Below are positions 22,601 through 32,089 of a DNA stretch of 64,000 nucleotides, piece after piece; position 1 is the stretch's first letter, and every line of letters starts with the position of its first letter. The notes beneath the pieces were generated by a model. The model did no database searches. It saw nothing but the letters and a program-made list of their open reading frames with translations, and was not told the DNA's origin. The stretch lies in sequence record MT612988.1; one strand, 5' to 3'. The position numbers and the translations under genes were made by a program.

Positions 22601-23158
22601 GTTCTGACATACAGTTGGGACTTTGCCATAATTTGCACTAAAACCGGGATTTGTAACAAACCAATATGCCGCTGATTCGACGTTAAACATATTAGGGTCA
22701 AATTCAAAACCTGGTCGCACTAGGGTAGCTTGTAGGTTGTTGCGACTGTTTAGGTATTGGTCGTTGTCGTTATTCAAACGCTCTTCAATGAATGAAGATG
22801 CGGGAATGAATTCGTCTTGAGTCGTGATGTCGTAATCGTTTGTGTCCGACGTATACCCGATATCAGATGTAACCCACTCACTCGGTTCAAAACCCTTGTA
22901 AACAGAACGAATTCTCCATTGATAATAACGAACTGAACTGTTAATATTCGTAAACAACCTCGTTTCGCTAGTAAACGGGTTAGGGTATAACGCTGTGAAA
23001 CTTTGTGTTAGAAGAATTTCTGCACTAACAGCCGAACGAACATGAATCTCGTAGCGAAAGTTTTCACCTACGGTTGACCATGAAAGTTCAGCATAGTTTC
23101 GCGTCAATTTGTCAATAGACACCCCCATAATTGGAGGTGCTTGTAATACGTTTGCCAT
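19661..23158 (-). CDS. gp7: baseplate wedge initiator
   Basis: 1165 aa; FYSTKGILDSYKFLFKLLYNEDV, FVHPIGFGF. Confidence 0.93.
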   Translation of the reverse strand: MANVLQAPPIMGVSIDKLTRNYAELSWSTVGENFRYEIHVRSAVSAEILLTQSFTALYPNPFTSETRLFTNINSSVRYYQWRIRSVYKGFEPSEWVTSDIGYTSDTNDYDITTQDEFIPASSFIEERLNNDNDQYLNSRNNLQATLVRPGFEFDPNMFNVESAAYWFVTNPGFSANYGKVPTVCQNVDRVIPVVIDDVIYAFERWQQVCKVSNDGGRTWQTYKATNSRLGNPVYDCICKQSNAFSYLLGYDYLIQGVQSNDVDYSHDNGLEYSHASVDLTFDKLDFDLGFGFDVERFKDLAILPPQVRNKADAFGVDDVMSVVTYANTYVWHNNRIPRIFDNVLSELYGERIFETTGELNNEPVYFEDKIVKNDASRPNFDENTADVCVKKIQYFDDPEQGLDYQDGNMFALVIGEWEHDENGKRIGTSDPNEIRGVYRLNRTATLRDGIVIGYTGLTWERVYGNIEEERELLNDRSVISRDNTHLIVGHDLTKNYGEEGNPAYDNRQESSGAPGNFHSTAGDNYGTIDDPYLVSDNDEVDEAVRMFTKPFFTTYVKPMTQIIATKDGDDWYYKPQDYYGSAHFNWMQRAETRDWKSWANEIMYYKKESIFRSDFEDLDEYKWKETFDEGEYKLEAPNLSIFGFNGYAAGAIIHSANDNKVIGYYKFPYRVDITAPIRWSPERRVITASLSNYSPVIIEPPEEDPTSMLDPTLTPLIYKMMPENYLDADGFYKSFAKHYLDFISKGDGTAYNNVYNLLNSKNPLDDHYTEYLHKLVYERNRILEPEKRDAVVKFFLARRADFYSTKGILDSYKFLFKLLYNEDVEVEIESLNTFEYSIVVNSNDVTDDVVGRRIYSETGNADVTYVDRHYIEGKRYWKLTLNNLIGELNIGDTLEIDGLEFTATAITRVQGERIDYDSNEFLDRSKSYYVMKIRSEIQLSQYKDDVIRFVHPIGFGFLGITLLTVLINHGISVNHHETIVDSYRLIRYDNGIGNNFTEETSLLDGNDDRIYNSFGELQLKPHPLALEDPLDHAIQDRLTNTQGITIIDYNNYWANDRVIALDEYSAIDEQRYIETDTGDINDEWGGKKRVLNPNYNPTAKVQSADANGSVYWGMTAYERTPAFMFDWSAASTSISDMYEDSDYRLKDNVGNPYDPVTPTQKQIGE

Positions 23159-25116
23159 TAAGAAATACCCTCAAGAACGATATCTGTGTATTGAGGACGA
23201 AGCTCGTTCTCATATACGATCAAGCTACCGTCATCTGTGTATATATTAGATCGAGTAGGCGAAGCTGATACAATCAAATTACCAGTCACATCCCAATCTG
23301 CTGAGTTTATCCCCAAGTTGATGAAATCATAGTCCATCATACCTGATGCGTAGTTGATAGTACCAATTCGGTAGTATAAGCTGCGCGAGCCGATTACTTC
23401 ACGATCAAAGTCGTTATCAGTATAAGCACCCGTAGGCAAGCCAGTTTCTGGGTCTAGCGGGTTTGTAATATCACCGGGTGCAAATGGACCCAATAACATC
23501 GTACCGATATCTTCTTCGGTCGGTGCAGTTCGTGCGGCTGTCGTTCTGATCTGCACGTCATACCCGCCCGGTGTGAACATGATATCTTCTGATTTTACAG
23601 AACGCTCAGTAATCGGGTTTAAGAAACTATAGCCACTCATAGGCGTTTGAGCGAAATTCGCTAATTCACGAATTAAGCTAATGTCACATCTAGAACCTAG
23701 AATTGACGGGTGAGCTTCATCAACATAGCTCAACATCTTAGAAACATGGAACGATGCATTGAAGATCTCAACATCATTGTAGTAATAATCTGAAATCGCA
23801 TTGATGATTTGAGCTTTCAAATAATCAGCACCTTCAGCCAATGAACCTGTACGGTAGTTGATTCTCAGATTATGTTTTACATACAAGTAATCTGGGTCAA
23901 CGACTTTAGGTGTCACTGTAACGATATTGAATTCTTTCAAATATTCTTCGATGTCTTGTCGCGCTACTTGTGGTAGTGTCAACCCGCTCTTCGGCTTAAT
24001 CGAGATAAACACATAACCTGGCTTATCTGAGCTTCCGAACGCCTGAACAGACTGAACGATGTTACCGAACTTCTGAGAAACAAAGGTTTCATAGTCAAGT
24101 TTAGTAACACAACGACGCTGCGACTCTCTAAAAATCGGGGCTAGTTCGCGAATACGCTCTGTGCCTTCCGCATAACCACCACCAATCGAACCGACAAAGT
24201 TTTCATCGTTATTCGGGTTATCGTCGATGTTTTTATCATCTAACTGGAAGTTAGGAATGTCATCTGCCCATGTGAATCGTTTTGAGCCGTTAGCAACTGG
24301 TCCCTGTGTTTTCACATATTGAACACGAATGCGTTGACCTTCGATTGGACGCAGACCGCCGATATAACCCGGGTCGTAAGCACCACCACTTTCTACAAAG
24401 TCAGTTAGTTCGCCTTCACCGAAGTAAACCTCAGTGTAACCATCTACAGTTTCACGCAGATAGAATACGTTTGAACCGCCTGTTACATTGACTATCGATT
24501 TGTCTGTCCAGTTAGTCCATTCCGTGTTATCAACGAACACACGCACATAGTTTCGATCTAAATCTGGGTCTTTGATCGTAATCGATTCGGTTTCACTAAA
24601 TAGCGCCTCATATCGACCTAGAGTGCCTTGAACAAGGTCTATCTGGTCTTGATATACAAGCGGGCTTTGTGGATCTAATGGGTCCTGCTTTGCTCCGATT
24701 AGAATGTGAGGTTCCCACACGATGTAGCTGTAGTAATCAACCCCATCAACGTCAGCACTGAAACGAGTACCCGTACCTAGCGTAATTTCAACTGGGTTTT
24801 CAGCGTGATACGCTTTGATACCGATTGTATGTGTTGCTGCCGATAAAGAACTAGGCGCGTAACCCATATCTTGAGCGTGCTGAACTACACTGCTGTGTTT
24901 TTGAGCAGTGCGAATAAAACTCTCGAACAATGCTGCATTCGAGTAGTGCTGCATGTACATTGTGCTGTATGCAAGCAAATCTGTTAGTACGTTCAGACGA
25001 CTTCCCTTGAAGTCATAATCCTTGAACTCGTCTTGACCTTTCAGATATTGAATAAGATCTTGCTTGATTGTCTCAAACGAGCCAGAACTAACAGGCAAAT
25101 TCGAGTTAGTTGTCAT
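23158..25116 (-). CDS. gp6: baseplate wedge subunit
   Basis: DYDFKGSRLNVLTDLLAY, QRRCVTKLDY, PGYVFISIKP. Confidence 0.96.
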   Translation of the reverse strand: MTTNSNLPVSSGSFETIKQDLIQYLKGQDEFKDYDFKGSRLNVLTDLLAYSTMYMQHYSNAALFESFIRTAQKHSSVVQHAQDMGYAPSSLSAATHTIGIKAYHAENPVEITLGTGTRFSADVDGVDYYSYIVWEPHILIGAKQDPLDPQSPLVYQDQIDLVQGTLGRYEALFSETESITIKDPDLDRNYVRVFVDNTEWTNWTDKSIVNVTGGSNVFYLRETVDGYTEVYFGEGELTDFVESGGAYDPGYIGGLRPIEGQRIRVQYVKTQGPVANGSKRFTWADDIPNFQLDDKNIDDNPNNDENFVGSIGGGYAEGTERIRELAPIFRESQRRCVTKLDYETFVSQKFGNIVQSVQAFGSSDKPGYVFISIKPKSGLTLPQVARQDIEEYLKEFNIVTVTPKVVDPDYLYVKHNLRINYRTGSLAEGADYLKAQIINAISDYYYNDVEIFNASFHVSKMLSYVDEAHPSILGSRCDISLIRELANFAQTPMSGYSFLNPITERSVKSEDIMFTPGGYDVQIRTTAARTAPTEEDIGTMLLGPFAPGDITNPLDPETGLPTGAYTDNDFDREVIGSRSLYYRIGTINYASGMMDYDFINLGINSADWDVTGNLIVSASPTRSNIYTDDGSLIVYENELRPQYTDIVLEGIS

Positions 25117-25170
25117 GTTATTCCCCTGTTGGTAAAATTATGTAAATTTCGTTTCTTATATTTAATATAC

Positions 25171-25196
25171 AAAAAAGCCCACTCAATGAGCGGGCT
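25171..25196 (-). terminator. intrinsic terminator after gp25
   Basis: AGCCC-CTC/GAG-GGGCT hairpin with a T6 tract on the - strand. Confidence 0.6.
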
Positions 25197-25201
25197 ATCG
25201 T

Positions 25202-25621
25202 TTATAGACGATTTACTAGTCTAGTTGACAAGGCAAACAATCTATCGAAGTTAGTTTTTAAGTGATACTGTATAGACACGTCATACGTGTTTTCATCATA
25301 TACAGGGATGACATCAATTCGCTGAATAGCAACACGAGGTTCCCATCTTGAAATCGCATTTTCAATACTATATTTGATTGAGAACGCGCTTGCTGGAGAA
25401 ATATTCTCAAACAATTGATTGTTAATGTCACAGCCGAATTCAGGGTTGAACGGTCGTTCTCCTTTATTCGTACTCACGATACCTACGATAGATTCTTGTA
25501 TTGCTTTTAAGTCATACGATGCGCTCAAGTCATTGTTTACAACACTTTTATTAAAGTTTGCAGGGATGTCACTGAAATAGAAACTCCCTGGCTTTAACGT
25601 GTTCAACTCTGCAATTGCCAT
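25202..25621 (-). CDS. gp25: baseplate wedge subunit
   Basis: TNKGERPFNPEFGCDI, AISRWEPRV. Confidence 0.95.
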   Translation of the reverse strand: MAIAELNTLKPGSFYFSDIPANFNKSVVNNDLSASYDLKAIQESIVGIVSTNKGERPFNPEFGCDINNQLFENISPASAFSIKYSIENAISRWEPRVAIQRIDVIPVYDENTYDVSIQYHLKTNFDRLFALSTRLVNRL

Positions 25622-25644
25622 AGTTTTTTCTCCGATTTTAAATT

Positions 25645-25652
25645 TATTTATA
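25645..25652 (-). promoter_or_regulatory. late promoter TATAAATA upstream of gp25
   Basis: + strand tatttata. Confidence 0.75.
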
Positions 25653-25660
25653 GAAAAGTG

Positions 25661-25689
25661 TTGACAGGCATATCTTATTTACCTATTAT
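25661..25689 (+). promoter_or_regulatory. sigma70/early promoter for the SPFH cassette
   Basis: TTGACA-17 nt-TATTAT. Confidence 0.8.
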
Positions 25690-25763
25690 GTACTCCTCAG
25701 CGCAACGAAGCGCACAAACAAAATAGATTGTGATATTAACTTCATTAACTAAGAGAGCAAAAC

Positions 25764-26639
25764 ATGTTTAAGAAACTTGCAAAACTATTATCAGTATCTG
25801 CGCTAGGTCTAGCACTTGTAGGCTGTGGCACACCTGCTGAAATCCCAACGGGTTTCGTCGGTAAGATTCAAACGCCTAATGGCTTCAATTTAGAAGCAGA
25901 GCCGCGACAACCGTCTAAATTTCGTCTCGATTGGGCATGGCGCTACCCAGATCGTCTAGTACTTCTTGACGTATCTGACAGCTTCTACCAAATGAACTTC
26001 AACACGTTCATGCCAAAAGATGAGCTTATGCTTGCTTACTCAGTCGAAATGACAATGGCGATTGACCCTGCGAAGTACAACTTCGTATTCGCTAAAGTAC
26101 CGTTCCGAGCACAGACAGATCAGCTTGGTGTAATTGATCAGAAAGACGTGTTTAAACGTTATGCGAAAGCTAAACTAAACACGATTGTACCTAGTATTGT
26201 AGCTGAATACAGCATCAAACAGGTTGCGTCTGAACGTCAAAAACTGAACTCGTTCGTTCTTAATCGCTTGAATCAAGAGCTGAAAGATACGCCGTTCGTT
26301 CTTAAAGTCGTGGGTGTTACTAACGTAGATTATCCTAAGACAATCACAGACGCACAAATCAAATCTGCTGAACGTCGTCAAGAAGAAGACACAGTTAAAG
26401 CACAACGTAAGCTAGACTTGCTACAAATCACAACTCGTGAAGAAGTGTCAAAGCGTCAGCGTGAAATCGAACTGTACGAAGCTGAAACTAAAAAGCTAGT
26501 AGCTGACAAGCTGATGAACTCTAACGTTCGATTCATCGAAGAGCAAAAAACTCTACGTGAGCTTGCGAAGTCGAATAACAAAGTGTTCGTACCAACGAAA
26601 ATGCTTGATGATATCGCAGTACAAACACCAATCAAATAA
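25764..26639 (+). CDS. SPFH/band-7 (prohibitin-like) lipoprotein
   Basis: Signal peptide with lipobox LVGC; VVGVTNVDYPKTI followed by an A/E/R-rich coiled coil. Confidence 0.8.
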   Translation: MFKKLAKLLSVSALGLALVGCGTPAEIPTGFVGKIQTPNGFNLEAEPRQPSKFRLDWAWRYPDRLVLLDVSDSFYQMNFNTFMPKDELMLAYSVEMTMAIDPAKYNFVFAKVPFRAQTDQLGVIDQKDVFKRYAKAKLNTIVPSIVAEYSIKQVASERQKLNSFVLNRLNQELKDTPFVLKVVGVTNVDYPKTITDAQIKSAERRQEEDTVKAQRKLDLLQITTREEVSKRQREIELYEAETKKLVADKLMNSNVRFIEEQKTLRELAKSNNKVFVPTKMLDDIAVQTPIK

Positions 26640-26688
26640 TAACCACAAAGGGCAGTGAAACACTGCCCTCTCTTAAAAAGGAAACGTA

Positions 26689-27048
26689 ATGGAATTTCTT
26701 CTACCTGTTTTGCCAATTATTGGCATGTTTGTAATCTTACTTCTAATTCTAGCAGTGTCTTTCTTCATGGCGAAGATTTTCAAGCTAGACATCAAACTAC
26801 CTTACGGTAAAATCATCACTGCTGCGCTTCTACTTACAGTTGCTGCGAGTGGTTTTAAAATTGCAACATCGCCAATTACTCGTCCTACAATGAACGAAGC
26901 AGTCAACGACACAGCCAAGTACAAAGTAGACGAATTTACTGAGCTTGAAGCACCTGTACTTGAAGACAAGTCATTCAAGGCTGAAGATGTTGATGTTACT
27001 ACGCTAGACAGCGAAGAGCGTATCAAAAATCACACTAAGAACTTGTAA
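26689..27048 (+). CDS. membrane protein (2 predicted TM helices)
   Basis: Two hydrophobic stretches; GGA RBS; 3' end overlaps the PAAR gene. Confidence 0.75.
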   Translation: MEFLLPVLPIIGMFVILLLILAVSFFMAKIFKLDIKLPYGKIITAALLLTVAASGFKIATSPITRPTMNEAVNDTAKYKVDEFTELEAPVLEDKSFKAEDVDVTTLDSEERIKNHTKNL

Positions 27049-27331
27049 CCTTCCCTGCGCCTCCTGCAACCGTATCGCCACATGTTAACGTGTCACCGAT
27101 ACGGATTGCATTGCTACCCTCGATAAACACTTTCGGACTGAACGATGCTGCGCTACCTGCGTGGCAATCGTGGTTCGGAACTGTATTACAGTGCGTTACG
27201 TGAATCATGTTATCTTTTGATAATGCAGGTTTACCTTGCACTGTTACTTTCCCACTCCCACCCGTTACTACTGTTGGCGGGTATGTCCCGTGACCTGTTG
27301 TTGGTTCATCTGCACCTGCTAAAGCTGGCAT
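27035..27331 (-). CDS. gp5.4: PAAR-type spike tip protein
   Basis: TTGHGTYPP, H..THC..H, IRIGDTLTCGDTVAGG. Confidence 0.92.
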   Translation of the reverse strand: MPALAGADEPTTGHGTYPPTVVTGGSGKVTVQGKPALSKDNMIHVTHCNTVPNHDCHAGSAASFSPKVFIEGSNAIRIGDTLTCGDTVAGGAGKVTSS

Positions 27332-27816
27332 TAGTTACCTCCTGCTGCTATATAATCTCTAAGTTGCTGCGCCCATGTATCCCACTTACCTTTAACGTTC
27401 TGAGTAAATGTTTCAACGAGCTGCCGCTCTTCAATTACTCCCGGTACAAGCGGGTCTTCGTATTCGTAATCAACTGTAACTGTATATGTGTAGTCAGTTG
27501 ATAACACGCTCGGCGCTTCGAATCTATACACGTGACCATGTTCAGGGTTGTTCGGTAGATCGCTAAATCTACTCACTTCATGATCGCTATTGTCTCGTGT
27601 ATCTCTGTATTTCAGACCACTAGGTCCCAGATCAAACGAATCTTGATACTGACCGTAATATCTTGCGCCTGAGACATTAATACCCGCATTCGCTCGATGA
27701 TCAGTTATTGATATCTGAACAAGTGTCTCACCTTCGTCCATAACCGCGGAGAACGTCACATCGACGTTCTCCGCTTCTGTAATGATCGGTAAAGTGATTG
27801 GTGTAATACTAGCCAT
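27331..27816 (-). CDS. gp5.1-like conserved hypothetical protein
   Basis: Position between gp5 and 5.4; C-terminal W..WAQQLRDYI. Confidence 0.65.
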   Translation of the reverse strand: MASITPITLPIITEAENVDVTFSAVMDEGETLVQISITDHRANAGINVSGARYYGQYQDSFDLGPSGLKYRDTRDNSDHEVSRFSDLPNNPEHGHVYRFEAPSVLSTDYTYTVTVDYEYEDPLVPGVIEERQLVETFTQNVKGKWDTWAQQLRDYIAAGGN

Positions 27817-27820
27817 TCAA

Positions 27821-29038
27821 TTACCCTAGGCTCACTGTTGAACCGTCTAATGCCGCAGCTCCTGCGAGACTAAGCGTTGCGCCACCACCGTCATCACTAA
27901 TTGATGACGCCGAACGTGTATAAGACGAACTAACGCTTTCTGACATCGAGCCACCGACTGTTATTGTGTAATTACCGCTGATATTCTGCGTGTAATCGCC
28001 CGTGACGTTACTTTGAACATTCCCGCCCACAGTTTGATTAACATTCCCGTCAACGTTCTGTGTGACGTTCTGATGCACTGTCTGGCTAACATCTTTATCA
28101 ACTGTTTGAGTAACATTCATTTCAACATGCTGATCAACATTACCCTTAACATGCTGCTTCAAATCACCATCAACTTGCTGCGTGACATTTTGCTGGCAAT
28201 AGAACGTCGCGTCACCAACAACGGTTATATTCAAGTTCCCTTTGATAAAGACATTCTGATCTTTTTGAACAATCTCAAAATCATCACCAACAATCTTTGT
28301 AACTTTACTGCCGTCAGGATGAATTTCTTCAAATGTACCTGTTCGATGATACGTATGTAAACGCTCTGCACCCACAGTGTCATCAACCTCTCTGATGTGC
28401 CCAGATTCAGACTCGTGTACATGATTGAACGGGTACTGCGCTGCGTACGGCGTCTCTTTCTCGTTATAAACGGGACCGTTTTGATTATATCCCGCAATCG
28501 GAATGTCTTTCTCTTCGGCTGCGCGTTTACTAGCGATTATTTCATGTGGTCTATACACATAAGGCGCATCGCCACTATCAAAATCGCTCTGAGATTGATT
28601 TTCATCATACACATCGGGATCTACATCGTTTCGAGCTAAACGGTTTGTATCGGGCTCATTAAGTTTATCAGCTAACGGGTATTTTTCGTTTGGGTCATTA
28701 AACCCCTTACTGCCGTTAGCTAATTCTTCAGGTATACCAGGCAAAACACCCATCGCAATTGCATCTTGATGCAACTTATCTCTGAAAAAGCCGAATACCC
28801 ATGTACCTTCAACTACCCCTATTGGTGTATTACCAATCCCGTTCATCGCAGCGTTATCAAGCGACTGCATAGGGTGAACCCAAAGAAGTTCTTCAGTTCG
28901 AATACCTTGATTTGAACTTTTCTTCTCGGGGTGAAACCCAATCATTCTGACTTTAATTCTACCGAGTTTGAGTGGGTCGTTTGTTCTATCTTCAACAACA
29001 CCAGTCCACCAATCAAACCCATCTAATCCCATAAACAT
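27821..29038 (-). CDS. gp5: baseplate central spike (OB fold plus beta-helix, no lysozyme domain evident)
   Basis: WWTGVVEDR.DPLKLGRIKVR, YPFNHVHESESGH, 8-residue VxGNxxQx repeats. Confidence 0.93.
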   Translation of the reverse strand: MFMGLDGFDWWTGVVEDRTNDPLKLGRIKVRMIGFHPEKKSSNQGIRTEELLWVHPMQSLDNAAMNGIGNTPIGVVEGTWVFGFFRDKLHQDAIAMGVLPGIPEELANGSKGFNDPNEKYPLADKLNEPDTNRLARNDVDPDVYDENQSQSDFDSGDAPYVYRPHEIIASKRAAEEKDIPIAGYNQNGPVYNEKETPYAAQYPFNHVHESESGHIREVDDTVGAERLHTYHRTGTFEEIHPDGSKVTKIVGDDFEIVQKDQNVFIKGNLNITVVGDATFYCQQNVTQQVDGDLKQHVKGNVDQHVEMNVTQTVDKDVSQTVHQNVTQNVDGNVNQTVGGNVQSNVTGDYTQNISGNYTITVGGSMSESVSSSYTRSASSISDDGGGATLSLAGAAALDGSTVSLG

Positions 29039-30309
29039 TATTTCTTGCTCCCCGCAACTGCTACATTCATCGACGAATCACTTGATAATTCAAGCGTAGT
29101 AATGAATGAATTAGGCTCAACGCGATGCTTCAATTCATGAACAATCCATTTCCCTGACACATCAAGACTCGAATGGTTGTCACCAGTTACTGCGTGATAG
29201 TCAAGAAACACAACATCACCAACTGTAATGTTCGTATTACCTGGTATTTCTACAAGTATCTGTTTTGCATTCAAGTACGTTTCTTCCATTAATGAAACGC
29301 CATGAACAGACCCTAGAGGGTGTTTATTGTCATGCTCGTAAAAGCCATCGTTTGATATCAATTGAATGCTATTCAACGGTTGTTCTGTTACTGGAACTTC
29401 ACTAGGAAATTCTGATTCGCTCGTGTACATATGAGCTTTGTCATTTAAAATCCCAACCTTTTCAATATAATCACCACGACGAACATCTTTAGTCGTCAAC
29501 TTTTTGCGAATTAAACTATGAGAATATGTTCTAGAACCGAATAAACCACTAGAAATCTCATGCATATTAGACTGTTCTTTCACCACAACGCGCAATGCTG
29601 TGATTGTTTTACCGCGACCAGATGTCCATTTACCGTCACCTGTATCAGCACCTTTACGAATTATATAATCGTAATCTTTGTTTCTGATCGTACCAAGAGA
29701 CGTGAATTTAACCGAGTCCCGATCTTCGTAAAACATGAACTTACAACTGTTATTCACGTCAGTACTTGCATGGTCTACAAGACTGCTGATGATGTCGTAA
29801 GGTTTACCGATCTGCGTCACGTAATCACGTTGATAAAGAGAAGATTCAATTTCATACACGGGCTTCTCATCACCCAAATTGTCTAAAATCGTTTTGATTA
29901 TGTTCGATATACTAGTTTTCTTGAACACATACGGGCGTTTAACGTAATCATTCAATGTCAATAGATTATTAGTAAAACGAACAATTATAGTTTCGAAACC
30001 ACCAGTCGTTGACGGCATTCTTGATATGCCAGTAGCACGAAACGTTTTTCGATATACCTTATTTGCTTGCTCCCCGACATATGAAGCAAAATCAACATCG
30101 ATAGCTTCAAACCCCGTCATTCGAACAGTGTCTACGATTCCGACTGAATCTGTGAACATGAACATGCCCGAAACTAACCCGTCAAGCGACTCATAAATTT
30201 CCATGTGTGTGATTTCATTTTCAACAGCCGAGGCGAAATCAACACCACGAATGTGAATTTTGCTAACCACAAAGTTCTCAATTGGGTTAGCGGAGCGCAT
30301 TTCAAACAT
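29038..30309 (-). CDS. baseplate hub subunit (gp27-like)
   Basis: IYESLDG..SG...D..G N-terminus; IPGNTNITVGDVV, GKWIVHELKH C-terminus. Confidence 0.7.
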   Translation of the reverse strand: MFEMRSANPIENFVVSKIHIRGVDFASAVENEITHMEIYESLDGLVSGMFMFTDSVGIVDTVRMTGFEAIDVDFASYVGEQANKVYRKTFRATGISRMPSTTGGFETIIVRFTNNLLTLNDYVKRPYVFKKTSISNIIKTILDNLGDEKPVYEIESSLYQRDYVTQIGKPYDIISSLVDHASTDVNNSCKFMFYEDRDSVKFTSLGTIRNKDYDYIIRKGADTGDGKWTSGRGKTITALRVVVKEQSNMHEISSGLFGSRTYSHSLIRKKLTTKDVRRGDYIEKVGILNDKAHMYTSESEFPSEVPVTEQPLNSIQLISNDGFYEHDNKHPLGSVHGVSLMEETYLNAKQILVEIPGNTNITVGDVVFLDYHAVTGDNHSSLDVSGKWIVHELKHRVEPNSFITTLELSSDSSMNVAVAGSKK

Positions 30310-30310
30310 G

Positions 30311-30889
30311 TTATACCCCTGCTAATTTCATAAACGTGCTGATGTATGTACTAATATCGTCACGCGAAAGAATGTTAATCACGCGATTCGTTTCATTCTT
30401 ATTGAACTCAAACTCATCAACTGATACTGGAATCATAACGCCGTGATACAACAGTTCTCGAAAATCTTCCTGACCTTCTTCAGGTACATTATTTTCCCAG
30501 TCGAACTTGTTATACCAATTACGCGGGTTTTCAGGGTCTTCAATCATATCAAACCACCAACGACCTTGTTCATCGACGTGATGATGAACTTGCTCATTCC
30601 CACCAATATACTGATAACGATAAATAGCATTCTCAGCTACAGATTCATTGGGCTGAACCCAATCATAAAACGGGTCAACGCGCTGATTGAGAAGTAATAT
30701 CAACCAATACAACGACGTGTCACCGTACAATTCATATGCAATTTGTTCAGGGCGATAATCACCCCTGATTTTATACTGAATCGTCGTAAACGACGGGATG
30801 ATCTGCTTATGATAATAATTCAAATTCTTGAATATGTCCGCAGTTTCAACCCCTTGATAATCAGTCTTTTCAAATATCGAAAAAATCAT
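30311..30889 (-). CDS. gp53: baseplate wedge subunit (LysM-like)
   Basis: RPEQIAYELYGDTSLYWLILLLN..DPFYDW. Confidence 0.92.
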   Translation of the reverse strand: MIFSIFEKTDYQGVETADIFKNLNYYHKQIIPSFTTIQYKIRGDYRPEQIAYELYGDTSLYWLILLLNQRVDPFYDWVQPNESVAENAIYRYQYIGGNEQVHHHVDEQGRWWFDMIEDPENPRNWYNKFDWENNVPEEGQEDFRELLYHGVMIPVSVDEFEFNKNETNRVINILSRDDISTYISTFMKLAGV

Positions 30890-32022
30890 TTAATCAATCC
30901 CTCAATATCACCAAAGAACGAACCAGAGTTTGTATTACTACCACTAGCCGTTTTCGTTCCACTGTCATAACCTCGAACATTACTGTTAAGGTCGCGTTGA
31001 TACATAGCACGATCAAGTGGGATAAGTTCGCTAAATGTAATCTCAAGCTCAATACCCGCTGGGTCACCAGCCGTACCTCTAAATGTGCGCCAGTACTGAT
31101 CAGGTGTACGATTCAACTTCACAGATGTGATACCAGCTGGCCCGAAAATAAAGCGAGGTGTGTATCGCGTCGCGTCTGTGTCTGACACTTCTTCAATCAT
31201 CCATACAGGCGGAGTTTTCAATAACGTCGCGTATTTCGCAAAACCTGCTGCAAAACCCGAGCCTAAATTTGCTGTCCCTGTATCTAATAACTGCGAATCA
31301 ATCTGACCTTTCACTGGCAACGATAGCCCATAGAACGTCTTTATAATCTCTGCAACTACTTTCAATTCATCTAACGACTTAGGGTGGAATTGATATACCA
31401 TTGTTTGTGTACGCTGCGCTGTACCTTTATACGCAGTTACAGTCACGTTGTCTGTTACGACACTGCTGTTCTTCTCCAACTGTCCTGCTGCATTCGATTG
31501 AATGAATGAACGTTTAATCTGAGCCAGTGTTGCGCCTGCTGCTGTCGCGACTGCTCGTTTACCGCGATCAACACCTTCAGACACTGTATCTGAGCCTGCT
31601 GCTGAAGCTGCACTAGCAAGAAAGTCATTTAACACTGAAGTCGGTGTTTTATCATATTCGTGAGACACTTCTTCAACGATATTAGGCGCGTAAAGTGCAA
31701 GTGTAGCCTTCAGTTCGCTAGGAACTTCACCAGATTGTTCATTTTCAGTTTGCGCGGCAGTAAACGAACTACGCATGTCCGTATAGTGTTGTTTTGTTGT
31801 GTGTGCCAAGTCATACGCTCTAAAAATAAAGAAATTCGGGTGTCCAGACTCAGCCCCTAAATTAAGCGGGTATGTCAATGCTACATTATTCGAGTCACGA
31901 CCGAGTTTAGTAACATCTTCACCTGTCGAAAGCTCTTGTGTAGTACTTTGAACTCCTCCTGATATTGTTTCTACTAGAGTGCTACTTTTTGCAGCGATTG
32001 TACTAGTAAGATTCATTTTCAT
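30886..32022 (-). CDS. gp48: baseplate tail-tube cap
   Basis: YQFHPKSLDE...I.TF, PAGITSVKLN, ELEITFSELIPLDR. Confidence 0.8.
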   Translation of the reverse strand: MKMNLTSTIAAKSSTLVETISGGVQSTTQELSTGEDVTKLGRDSNNVALTYPLNLGAESGHPNFFIFRAYDLAHTTKQHYTDMRSSFTAAQTENEQSGEVPSELKATLALYAPNIVEEVSHEYDKTPTSVLNDFLASAASAAGSDTVSEGVDRGKRAVATAAGATLAQIKRSFIQSNAAGQLEKNSSVVTDNVTVTAYKGTAQRTQTMVYQFHPKSLDELKVVAEIIKTFYGLSLPVKGQIDSQLLDTGTANLGSGFAAGFAKYATLLKTPPVWMIEEVSDTDATRYTPRFIFGPAGITSVKLNRTPDQYWRTFRGTAGDPAGIELEITFSELIPLDRAMYQRDLNSNVRGYDSGTKTASGSNTNSGSFFGDIEGLIK

Positions 32023-32089
32023 GATCTCCTTTTTAAAAATATATATCTGTATTTAGATGCGATACTAAATATATGAAAGGAGGCGCTAC

